Shown here: piece after piece, positions 53,012 through 64,000 of the stretch
Position numbering within the stretch: the stretch's first letter is position 1
Layout: every line of letters starts with the position of its first letter
Assembly: GCA_002269645.1 (NCBI GenBank)
Contig: NIVC01000538.1
Span: 434,001-498,000 of the forward strand
DNA length: 64,000 bases
Direction of reading: 5' to 3'
From: Macrostomum lignano
Taxonomy: Eukaryota
The notes under the pieces: generated by a model
What the model saw: the letters and a program-made list of their open reading frames with translations, nothing else
Told to the model about the DNA's origin: nothing
The model's database searches: none
Translations under genes and position numbers: made by a program

Positions 53012-54577
53012 AATCGATGAATCATTGGTGTCAGTAACCTGAATCATTGATGTCAGTAACCTGAATCATTGGTGTCAGTAACCCGAATCATTGGTGTCAG
53101 TAACCTGAATCATTGGTGTCAGTAACCTGAATCATTGGTGTCAGTAACCCGAATCATTGGTGTCAGTAACCTGAATCATTGGTGTCAGTAACCTGAATCA
53201 TTGGTGTCAGTAACCTGAATCATTGGTGTCAGTAACCTGAATCATTGATGTCAGTGACCTGAATCATTGGTGTCAGTAACCTGAATCATTGGTGTCACTG
53301 ACCTGAATCATTGATGTCAGTAACCTGAATCATTGGTGTCAGTAATCTGAATCATTGATGTCAGTAACCTGAATCATTTATGTCAGTAACCTGAATCATT
53401 GGTGTCAGTAACCTGAATCATTGGTGTCAGTAACCTGAATCATTGATGTCAGTAACCTGAATCATTGTTGGTGTCAGTAACCTGAATCATTGATGTCAGT
53501 AACCTGAATCATTGGTGTCAGTAACCTGAATCATTGGTGTCAGTAACCTGAATCATTTATGTCAGTAACCTGAATCATTGGTGTCAGTAACCTGAATCAT
53601 TGGTGTCACTGACCTGAATCATTGGTGTCAGTAACCTGAATCATTGATGTCAGTAACCTGAATCATTGATGTCAGTAACCTGAATCATTTATGTCAGTAA
53701 CCTGAATCATTGATGTCAGTAACCTGAATCATTGGTGTCACTGACCTGAATCATTGATGTCAGTAACCTGAATCATTGATGTCAGTGACCTGAATCATTT
53801 ATGTCAGTAACCTGAATCATTGGTGTCAGTGACCTGAATCATTGATGTCAGTAACCTGAATCATTGATGTCAGTAACCTGAATCATTGGTGTCAGTAACC
53901 TGAATCATTGATGTCAGTAACCTGAATCATTTATGTCAGTAACCTGAATCATTGGTGTCAGTAACCTGAATCATTGGTGTCACTGACCTGAATCATTGGT
54001 GTCAGTAACCTGAATCATTGATGTCAGTAACCTGAATCATTTATGTCAGTAACCTGAATCATTGATGTCAGTAACCTGAATCATTGGTGTCACTGACCTG
54101 AATCATTGATGTCAGTAACCTGAATCATTGATGTCAGTGACCTGAATCATTTATGTCAGTAACCTGAATCATTGGTGTCAGTGACCTGAATCATTGATGT
54201 CAGTAACCTGAATCATTGATGTCAGTAACCTGAATCATTGGTGTCAGTAACCTGAATCATTGGTGTCAGTGACCTGAATCATTGGTGTCACTGACCTGAA
54301 TCATTGGTGTTAGTAACCTGAATCATTGATGTCAGTAACCTGAATCATTTATGTCAGTAACCTGAATCATTGATGTCAGTAACCTGAATCATTGGTGTCA
54401 CTGACCTGAATCATTGATGTCAGTAACCTGAATCATTGATGTCAGTGACCTGAATCATTTATGTCAGTAACCTGAATCATTGGTGTCAGTAACCTGAATC
54501 ATTGGTGTCAGTAACCTGAATCATTGGTGTCAGTAACCTGAATCATTGGTGTCAGTAACCTGAATCATTGGCGTCAG
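53012..54577. repeat. Minisatellite, 22-bp unit TGAATCATTGGTGTCAGTAACC with higher-order structure
   Basis: About 70 monomers; variant blocks recur at 352- and 308-bp spacing. Confidence 0.95.
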
Positions 54578-55279
54578 TAGAACGGACCTAAATCAGTGAA
54601 ATTAAGATAGATACAGCACTCATTAACCCATGCCCAGTGTTAGGGCATCAATGATAAAGAATGAACGGCAGAAGGTCAAACAGTACAGTTAAGGTCATCT
54701 ACTGTTAAGCCATGCAGTTGGCAATAGGACCAATCAAGTTATACATATAATTATACAACTGAGTTGCGTATATTTAAAACCAGGAAAAACAATGCATACT
54801 GGCTAATGACACGTGTCAGCAATATTGTGTAATACTCGTATTTCTATACACAATCGTACCATAGGCCAACATATCTGAGCGATTTTCCACATCCTTTGAA
54901 AATTTGGTGTTTAATTATAACAAGCAAGGAACACAAGGATAAATCTCTAAGCTATCGAGGTTGCATTAGGCTTAAAAGACCAAGAGAATTCAAAACGTTA
55001 CAAGTCGCAGTTCTATTGTTATAATTTGAGAAACGTAAAGTAGCTTAAAAAATTTCGCATTAAGAGTAGGAAAAAAGACAGAGCGCATAAAACAGTACAG
55101 GCGCGGGTTAAAACTGGGTAAAAACAAATAGCCAAATAAATACCAACAGACTCGCGACCTTGGGTGCAGTCACTGCCAACCCAAATCAAATTATTGAATA
55201 TGCACCCAGTGTAGCCAAGCAGAGCATTTCTAACTGGACTGTACCTTGTAGGCATGATTGGCGATGCAAGATTTGAAGA

Positions 55280-56465
55280 GCTGGGATCACAATGGGGATC
55301 TGGGATAAGAATTGAGGATATGGGATCAGAATGGGGATCTGGGATAAGAATTGAGGATATGGGATCAGAATGGGGATCTGGGATAAGAATCGAGGATATG
55401 GGATCAGAATGGGGATCTGGGATAAGAATCGAGGATATGGGATCAGAATTGGGGATCTGGGATAAGAATTGAGGATATGGGATCAGAATGGGGATCTGGG
55501 TTCTGGGATAAGAATTGAGGATATGGGATCAGAATTGGGGATCTGGGATAAGAATTGAGGATATGGGATCAGAATGGGGATCTGGGTTCTGGGATAAGAA
55601 TTGAGGATATGGGATCAGAATTGGGATCTGGGATAAGAATCGAGGATATGGGATCAGAATGGGGATCTGGGATAAGAATCGAGGATATGGGATCAGAATT
55701 GGGGATCTGGGATAAGAATTGAGGATATGGGATCAGAATGGGGATCTGGGATCAGAATTGAGAATATGGGATCAGAATGGGGATCTGGGTTCTGGGATAA
55801 GAATTGAGGATATGGGATCAGAATTGGGGATCTGGGATAAGAATTGAGGATATGGGATCAGAATGGGGATCTGGGTTCTGGGATAAGAATTGAGGATATG
55901 GGATCAGAATTGGGGATCTGGGATAAGAATTGAGGATATGGGATCAGAATTGGGGATCTGGGATAAGAATTGAGGATATGGGATCAGAATGGGGATCTGG
56001 GATAAGAATCGAGGATATGGGATCAGAATGGGGATCTGGGATCAGAATTGAGAATATGGGATCAGAATGGGGATCTGGGATAAGAATTGAGGATATGGGA
56101 TCAGAATTAGGGATCTGGGATAAGAATTGAGGATATGGGATCAGAATTGGGGATCTGGGATAAGAATTGAGGATGTGGGATCATAATTGGGGATCTGGGA
56201 TAAGAATTGAGGATGTGGGATCATAATTGGGGATCTGGGATCAGAAATGAGAATCTGGAATCAGAATTGGAGATCTGGGATCAGAACTGAGAATATGGGA
56301 TCAGAATTGGGGATCTGGAATCAGAATTGAGGATATGGGATCAGAATTGGGGATCTGGGATAATTAATTGAGGATATGGGACCATAATTGGGGATCTGGA
56401 ATCAGAAATGAGAATCTGGGATCAGAAGTGGGGACCTGGGATCAGAGTTGGGGATCTGGGATCAG
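55280..56465. repeat. Minisatellite, ~39-bp unit GGGATCTGGGATAAGAATTGAGGATATGGGATCAGAAT(T/G)
   Basis: Direct periodicity; begins ~50 nt past the Cdc34 stop. Confidence 0.94.
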
Positions 56466-56514
56466 ATTTACAAACAAAGCCGAACAAATATAATAGCCAA
56501 AACAATCGCGAACT

Positions 56515-56854
56515 TCAGACGTGATGAAAGGAGCCGCTGTCCTCGTCGTCCTCGAACTTGGCGTGTCTGGCGTTGGCCCGGCCGTCAGCCCGACCGCCGT
56601 CCTCCTCATCGTCTTCCTCTTCTTCATCATCTTCGTCGTCGTCATCGTCGTAGTCGATCTGATCGTCGTAGACTTCGAATGGCACGTCTGAGTCGTTGTT
56701 GTCCTGATCTGCGTGGCTGCCGCCGCCGAAGCCGCCGCTGCCACCGCCAACGGAAGTCGAAGTTGTCCGAGATTTCACAACGTAATCTTCGACTCGTACA
56801 GGCACAACTATGCCGTCCGCGTCCGCGTCCTTGCGGGTCAGCTCCACCTGCTTC
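56515..56854 (-). CDS. CDC34: Cdc34/UBE2R, exon 4 (acidic tail)
   Basis: aaccAG|G-KQVELTRKDADADGIVVPVRVEDYVVK followed by a D/E-rich tail; TGA 56517-56515. Total 834 nt = 277 aa + stop. Confidence 0.94.
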
Positions 56855-56869
56855 CTGGTTGGGGCAGAG

Positions 56870-57405
56870 GGGCGGATTGGCGGCGGATTGAAGTGGAAGC
56901 CGAGGGCGGACTGAATGTGCGGTAGGGCGGATTGAAGACTGCGGGAGAGCGGATTGAAGACTGGGGGAGGGCGGATTGAAGACTGGGGGAGGGCGGATTG
57001 AAGACTGGGGGATGGCGGATTGAAGACTGGGGGAGGGCGGATTGAAGACTGGGGGAGGGCGGATTGAAGACTGGGGGAGGGCGGATTGAAGACTGGGGGA
57101 GGGCGGATTGAAGACTGCGGGAGGGCGGATTGAAGACTGGGGAGGGCGGATTGAAGACTGGGGGATGGCGGATTGAAGACTGGGGGAGGGCGGATTGAAG
57201 ACTGGGGGAGGGCGGATTGAAGACTGGGGAGGGCGGATTGAAGACTGGGGAGGGCGGATTGAAGACTGGGGGAGGGCGGATTGAAGACTGGGGAGGGCGG
57301 ATTGAAGTCTGGGGGAGGGCGGATTGAAGTGTGGGAGGGCGGATTGAAGTCCTCCAAACTGGGGGGGGGGGCGGACTGAAGTCTGGGGGTGGGCGGATTG
57401 AAAGG
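56870..57405. repeat. Minisatellite, 21-22-bp unit GGCGGATTGAAGACTGGGGGAG in Cdc34 intron 3
   Basis: Fills most of the 584-bp intron. Confidence 0.94.
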
Positions 57406-57438
57406 CCCACCCAAAGAAGTGAAGCAGGGGCGTCTCAC

Positions 57439-57665
57439 TGGACAATTTTGACATAGTCATCGCCCTTGTTCTCCTTCCACTTGCGGAACATGACTGACGC
57501 GTCCACATTGGCTGGCGAAGAAGTGTTCGGCTCGTTGAGCAGCGAGATGACGCTGAGCAGAATGGTGCGCACATTCTGAGTGGGATTCCAGCGTTCTGAG
57601 GGCAGCTCGCCGCTCACAGGGTCCTCACCAGGTGGGTGCAGGATGGAGATGCACACTTTGCCATC
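57439..57665 (-). CDS. CDC34: Cdc34/UBE2R, exon 3 (catalytic Cys and acidic loop)
   Basis: tttcAG|[65 protein letters not shown]; donor CA|GTGAGA (phase 2). Confidence 0.96.
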
Positions 57666-57756
57666 CTGAAATTCCACATTCAATCCTTACTGTCTGGTAT
57701 TGTTCCAACATTCTAACAATATGAATTGAAGGGAACAGACCAGTCAGGCAACTTAC

Positions 57757-57843
57757 ATCGTAAATGTTCGGGTGAAACATTTTGGAGACAAACGATATGG
57801 ATGGTGGCGAGTAAGGATAGTCTTGCGGAAACACCATCAGAGC
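57757..57843 (-). CDS. CDC34: Cdc34/UBE2R, exon 2
   Basis: aaacAG|ALMVFPQDYPYSPPSISFVSKMFHPNIYD|GTAAGT (HPN motif). Confidence 0.95.
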
Positions 57844-59454
57844 CTGTTTAAAGATAAAGGTGTCATTAGCAAAAAATATCCTATTTGCCATAGTTGCAGC
57901 TGGTGCAACCTACTCAAGGTACAGAAGCTCCATCTGGGTGAAGGCCAATGACCAACAAAGTCAAAGCTGATGCAGACATAGCTCTCTCTAAATATATAGG
58001 CCTATTAAAAATACTTTGAAGGTCATAGACAAAATGCATATATACATGTATACCATGTATATATACTCTAATAACTTGGTATACTAATAAATTTTCTCAC
58101 TGAAACTTTGCATATTAGTGTTGACAAAATGGTATTTGCAATTTTGAAATTAGCTCTTTGAAATTGGCCACACTTAAGATAATAGCCTCTTAGGATAAAA
58201 TTTTTGTACAAAATCCTATACATATTCTATGCACACTAACAAAAACTCTCACACTTATGCATATGTAAGAACAAGCAAAAACGAAAAATTGGCTTAAGGC
58301 GTAGACCAACTCTTGGCTGCCTAGGGCGCCAAGGCATTCACTTATATATTATCATTGTACAGCGAGCAAATGTACATAAGAGCTAGTAAACATGGGCACA
58401 CACAATCAACTAAGCAAACCATCTTACACATACATTACTGGCCAACTTGCACAACTCTAAAAGGTCTACATGCGCAGCTTTTATTTGTTTAAAAAACTTG
58501 GGATTTCATTTGATAATGTTGAATATTTTATCTGTTACAATAAAACAAAGTTATTGCATTTAAAAGATTTAATTTAATTTTGGATCATGTACTATATACC
58601 CAAAAATTTAGATATGCATTGGCCTTGGATGCTAAAAGTAGGCATATACAGTTGGTGTACATCACTCCTAAGAAAATAGTTCATGCACACCTGGTATGCA
58701 CTTTATAGAATCATAGAAAAGTTATTATAAAATAGAAAAAAGATGAAAAAAGTTCATTTTAAGCTTTAATTTCAAGCTTTCCAGTTTTTTAGCATGTAAC
58801 AAAGCAATTAAACAAAAAGCAAAAAATTACCCCAATTATTTGCCAAAAAAGGCTTATTATGCAATTTAAAAAGTCTTTTATTGTCACAATGTAAAAAAAG
58901 ATAATTTCTAGTAATACTAGGATAGTTTGGAGAATAAGCATGCATTCAATTTTGTTAGTATGCATTTGTAATTATTTAATTATTTATATTGTTTGGGCGT
59001 GCATTCAGCATGATCTAGACTATGGCATGGCTTAGAATAAAAAATTGGATAAAAAATTTGCATACAACTTTTTGTTCCAAAAATTCCACATAATTGCCAT
59101 GCAAAGATTCCATACTTGGTAGTAACCTTTATAATAAAATCAAATTTGAAACTTTAAAACAAAGTATATGTATATCACATAATTTATTTTTATAAGATTA
59201 TTGTATAACTTTTTATTCTACATATAACAATGCCACTTATTAATTAAGTTATTGTAAAGTAAAAAGCATTAAATTAAATAAGCTAACTAAATAATAAATA
59301 AAACATAACACATTTATGTCTGATACTAAGACAGGAAAGAAACAGGTATTACAAAAATAAAATATGAAACATAACTAATATGAGCAGAAAAGAGTATTGA
59401 CATGATTTTCTAAATAGTTTTTAAGTTTGATAGCCAGCTGCCAACATAACATAC

Positions 59455-59634
59455 CTTGAAATATCCACCTTGGTATAGTGTTCCAGGAGGACCAAAGATT
59501 ACAACATTCCACTCAAAAATATTTTCATCATTTTTTAATTTAACCTTGAATCCTTCGACTGGCTCCTCATTTAAACTCTTAAGTTCTTGCTGCAGTGCTC
59601 TAACAGCACTTGATTGCATGTGTGCAGTAGCCAT
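59455..59634 (-). CDS. CDC34: Ubiquitin-conjugating enzyme E2 R (Cdc34/UBE2R), exon 1
   Basis: MATAHMQSSAVRALQQELKSLNEEPVEGFKVKLKNDENIFEWNVVIFGPPGTLYQGGYFK; donor AAG|GTATGT. Confidence 0.95.
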
Positions 59635-62409
59635 TTAGACAGACCAGCAGAGCAGACGGCTGCAGACCCCGCTTTGTTTTCAAAATAACCTTTGCGAAAT
59701 AACAACGAGGACGAGTGTGCACAAGACGACCAATTTAATAATACAATGAGGGCTAGCTGAGTTAGCTAACCGGTTTTAATAAAACAACTGATGAGCAAAA
59801 TGTATGACAGTACAGTATTAGTATGACTTCTCCACTGGCTTCAGCGCAGGCCTTCCAGTTCCAGTCCAGTCCAAATTTCAAATTCCAGAATTCCAGGAAC
59901 TACTCAGCAATTCAGTTGAATTGTTACCGTTTTAAGCTGTTTGATTTTAGTTTGGTTTTTTTAGACGTGTGTCAGTCTGCTGTTTTTTAATGTATTGATG
60001 GTATAATCTAATACTTAAATCGCAACTGCACAAATTTGAATTAAAAAGGTTGTTATAATACGTTTAAAATAAACGAGCCTGGAAATCGATGTTTAAAATG
60101 TTGATTAATCTATAAAAACTTTTTTTGTTTTGGGTTCTTAGCAAGCTTGCTTGGTTGTGTCCTTTCAGTGACTCGTAATAGTAGAATTGAGGCTTTAAGA
60201 TCCACAAATTTTATTTTCTAGGCTAAGTTTTTGTATGATGTTGCAAAAAGATAGGATCGAGAATCGAGATTGTTCCTTTGTTTTCCGCTAGTATAGAAAA
60301 ATCGGTATTGTAGTGTACTTTTACTTTTGCGATAACTTCATTGTTTATGCCCCCATGCCTCTTTGCGTTAGTTTATATATGCGAGAAGTGAACCTTAAGA
60401 AGAAATAAAGTAGAAAAAAATAAGACGCGACTTGATCCGCTACAGCTGTGGTACATATACATGTATTTAACTAAACTGCTCTTTCCTGATGCAAACGAGT
60501 CCATCAAACTCTTAAACTACTGTAATTTACACAGATATCAACTAACACTGCCGTTCTTACTTGCTTTCTTCATTTAAAAAAAATCATGTAGTTGTGTGGC
60601 TGCAGTTATTAAAAATCAATGGGCCTTTTCATATTGCTTGCTCTGGTTCCAGAACCAGAACCAATTTGTGAAGTATAACTTTTTGTCTCCATAACTAGAT
60701 GGAGATACTTGCTATAAAGTTTTATTATTGAATGACAATCGCCAAGAAGAAAGTGAAAAATTGTGCTAAGTTAGGTTGTTAAGGCAGTCAAATATTAACA
60801 GAGTTTAATAGTTATCCCGGGTAGCATTTTGACGTCAATTTGCGGTTGCGTTGACGTCGCAAAAATTACTTTCGCAAATCTATTCAGCCCAGCCCGTCTT
60901 CGTTGATATTTTAGTTTATTTTTGCATAATTAGATGCCAGAGTCAATATGCATTTATAGTCATCATTTTGCTAGCTCAATTATACCTGTAAAATAGCAAC
61001 GAAGTAACGTAAAATATTCGTTGAAAGTAGGTTGAAAAATCAACGTCAAACTTTAGTCATTATGGAACCCAAAATTTGACGTTTCTATGCTGCATTACTA
61101 TATGATAACGTAGATTGAATGATTTTATAACGCTGAAAAAAGTAAGGGAAAAAGTAAGGCTTCGTTTTTTTACAGTTTTATTTTGTTAATACGTGTTATT
61201 AAAATCGTATATTTGAATATTTTGCTGCATGATAAATCGCTTTATATTTAATATAGATCATAAGTGGCGTTGCTTTTTTATTTAGTTAGTGTTACCAGCT
61301 ATATGAAACTTCACCTTCACGATGATATCAAACGTCATCTTTCTCCTGGTTGAATATTATTCGAAATATTTTCAGCTGCCATAAAACATACCAATAGATT
61401 TTTTTGGTATAGATATAGAATGACTTAAAGCAACACCAATTACCAAATCATGGCTGATTTAGCTACTAATACAAACTTTGCTAAATTGGCTGACTAATAA
61501 GATAGTTGCTCATTTTAATTCTACTACTTTCTCTCTCCCCATTTCCTATCAGTACTGCTGTTTGTATTGGAAATATACAGTAATAATAGCCTGGCCTACC
61601 ATAAGTATTGCATTGATTAGGCCTACAACTACTAGAGTTAAACATAATTCATATCAAAATAATAATTGTCTGGAAATCAAATTCCTACATACATACAGTT
61701 TGCAAAGAACTGCTTGATTTTCGAATCAGTCTTACTCTCAGCCTAATCATATATAATCATTGGACCTTAGATATCATATCCAAGATCCAATTTCAAATTT
61801 TTATTTGGAAGGTGCAGTTGTTCTAGCATTTCTATCATACAAAAAAGCTTGGTATACTTGATTTGAAATTAATAATTTTTGTTTCTTAGTTTTACTAATC
61901 AGCCATTTAATGACATTATATCTATTATACATTCTAAGTTCATGTTAGGCCTAGCATTTAAAATATACTTTAGTTTCCTAGTTAGCTCATTAAAATCTTT
62001 AGTAGGCCCTAATTTCTCATTTTAGGGCCTACAATTTCCTTAACAAACTTATGCTTAGCTATATTCTATATTAAAACATATTTATTAATGTTTTGCCCTA
62101 TCAAGTAGCCTATAGCTTTTTAATCATATTTAGACATGTTTTAGACATTATTGTAGCATTGCTAAGGCACTATTGTTTAATTTATGGTTGAGCAGATTTT
62201 TTAGTTGAATAGAAAGTCTGAACAAAAGTAAAAATCTTTATAAGATTATGTACAGAAATCCTAAGAGTCTAAGACTAAGAGTAAGGCTAAAGACTTCTGT
62301 ATAATATAGTTTTGTATATTGCAATTTATGGATGTATAAAATATAACTGTACAAATGCATAAGTCAAAATCTTTTTATAACCGAATATACTTTTTTCTGC
62401 CTATTTCAG

Positions 62410-62777
62410 ATGGCCACCTGGATGAAGAGGACAGGAGAGATTGCTACTATATGCCATCAATGATACTAATTTCAATTCGCAACTCCTAGATGAGGAGGAG
62501 AAAATTCATTCCTATGATGACATCATCCCTGCTTATTGGAACAGGTTGTCATGAAGGAACGTCAGCTAGTCAATTTGAGGAAGGAGTTGAGGAAGAGGAT
62601 AACAATTCACCATTTGATTCAGTCTCCTCCAATTCAGAGACTGAGGACTATCAAGAATTTGATGTAGATCTTCTGAGTGAAAGACTGGGCAATATGCAGC
62701 AATATGCAACCACTCTCTATTTATTTATTTTACAGTTCTGTTGTTTGCTGCTTTCATCCTTATATTTGTTTCAATGA
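62410..62777 (+). pseudogene. Frameshifted acidic coding-like remnant inside the 2.7-kb element
   Basis: After an acceptor-like ctatttcAG, three successive frames give DGHLDEEDRRDC / YAINDTNFNSQLLDEEEKIHSYDDIIPAYWNRL / EEGVEEEDNNSPFDSVSSNSETEDYQEFDVDLLSERL. Purine-rich island in AT-rich DNA. Confidence 0.3.
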
Positions 62778-63056
62778 CACTGTTTTCAACATTCTATTCT
62801 GTTTTGTCAGTACTGTCGTTTTTGGCGCTATTGTAAATTTTTCAACTTTTAAAATTTAATTTATTACCATCTTTTTCATAAATTTTCATCTGCAAGCATC
62901 AACTTAATTTGTGTTAAAATAACAATTTACGAAAAAAGTAACAATAACTTCTAAATCCAATGTCTACGATGTATGTATACAAGAGAAGATGAATATAAGG
63001 CTTTGTCCGCATGTATTCTTGTTTAATATTTTCTGGTGAAAATGTAACTTATTAGC

Positions 63057-63229
63057 CAGGGGCGTAGCCAAGGGGGTCATATTGGGGTCATGAACCCCCC
63101 CCCCCAGCCGGCTGATCCAAGCCAAATACAGGCAGCAGCCCCCCTCCCCCGTCGCAGAGGCCTAGCACCCCGCCCCCGGTTGCCGCTGTGACTGTGACCC
63201 CCGGAAGGAAATTCCTAGCTACGCCACTG
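63057..63229. mobile_element. 173-bp hAT-like MITE nested in the 2.7-kb element
   Basis: TIR CAG(G/T)GGCGTAGC; 8-bp TSD TTATTAGC / CTATTAGC (7/8 match). Confidence 0.82.
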
Positions 63230-64000
63230 CTATTAGCTTCTAAAAATAAGATGTGTACAGTACTGCCTACACACATTCAAAGAAAGTTGACTTCAGAATA
63301 CAAAGATAACCATCAGTCATAAAGCCGGTAACATTTGTTTTCTTAAAAGACATCATACCAGTCATTTCGTGCATTTAAAAGCCATTAAATCTATTAAAAA
63401 AAGACGGTAAAATTTCGGTACATTTTGACGTCAAAACAACGTCACAGATCCAGGTCAAAATGACGTAAAAACATCGACAGAATTGACGTCATTTCGACGT
63501 TACACTTTGACCTATTTTCAACGTCATTTTGACGTCGCGCAACGTCACTTTGCTACCCGGGTATACTGCTGTTTTTCTTGGAATTCCGAACCGATTCTGG
63601 TTCTGAAATTGGAAATATGAAAAGACCCAATAAGCCACTGAAGAAACTCCAAATCTTCGAAAACACTAATATATCAAATCAATGGACATGAGAATTAAAA
63701 AGTTCTGAAGTTACTACGTAACGTGCAGTTAAGTGTTGATTTTTAGGCAGATTTGACGCAAAAAACGCAAACTATACTACTATCTGAAAATGAAGTAAGT
63801 AGTATATGAAAACGCTATCCTAAGCGTGATATGCGTATATGTAGTCGTATATGTACATTAATCCATGTACTGCAATAATCCCTATCTATCTCAAATTGTA
63901 CATTGTTACACGTCTATCCCCAATTCTATATGTACGCAGTACATACTTCTACATGTACATTAATCTACATCTACATGTACAGTGTCATACATTAATCCCA

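Larger units (their letters stand above)
60816..63561. mobile_element. 2746-bp non-autonomous TIR element, CACTA/EnSpm(CMC)-like
   Basis: TIR CCCGGGTAGCA and 3-bp TSD TAT, confirmed against the empty site in the sister MITE. Clustered subterminal GACGT/ACGTC repeats at both ends. Superfamily assignment is inferred. Confidence 0.82.
60621..63628. mobile_element. Second copy of the 262-bp MITE, split by a 2.7-kb insertion
   Basis: TIR GGG(C/T)CTTTTCATATT and TSD AAT (60618-20, 63629-31). Arms 60621-60815 and 63562-63628 rejoin to the 49422 copy. Confidence 0.87.

Overview
Eukaryotic (metazoan) genomic DNA. GC-rich exons with poly-Ala/Pro/Gln runs sit among about 32 unrelated mini/microsatellite arrays covering roughly 23.5 kb (~37% by my approximate boundaries). 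This style resembles the free-living flatworm Macrostomum (inference only). Six genes can be reconstructed by hand. (1) A CUB-domain type I membrane protein with a cytoplasmic PPxY motif on the minus strand (<1..1512), interrupted by a 1-nt frameshift and missed by the ORF track. (2) A 4-exon COUP-TF/seven-up (NR2F) nuclear receptor (+, 15640..23599, 639 aa). (3) A Myt1-family C2HC zinc-finger gene (+, ~39032..41584, 5' end uncertain). (4) An intronless SmD2 (-, 45930..46274). (5) A 2-exon, two-repeat DM9 protein (-, 50218..52787). (6) A 4-exon Cdc34/UBE2R E2 enzyme (-, 56515..59634, 277 aa). The AT-rich zones (46.3-50.2 kb, 57.9-64 kb) lack satellites and carry non-autonomous DNA transposons. 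These include a three-level nest at 60621..63628 whose empty-site sister copy lies at 49422..49683. Most long ORFs in the supplied track are artefacts of tandem repeats. I found no rRNA, tRNA or CRISPR. All identifications are by eye and from recalled family motifs; no database search was run.
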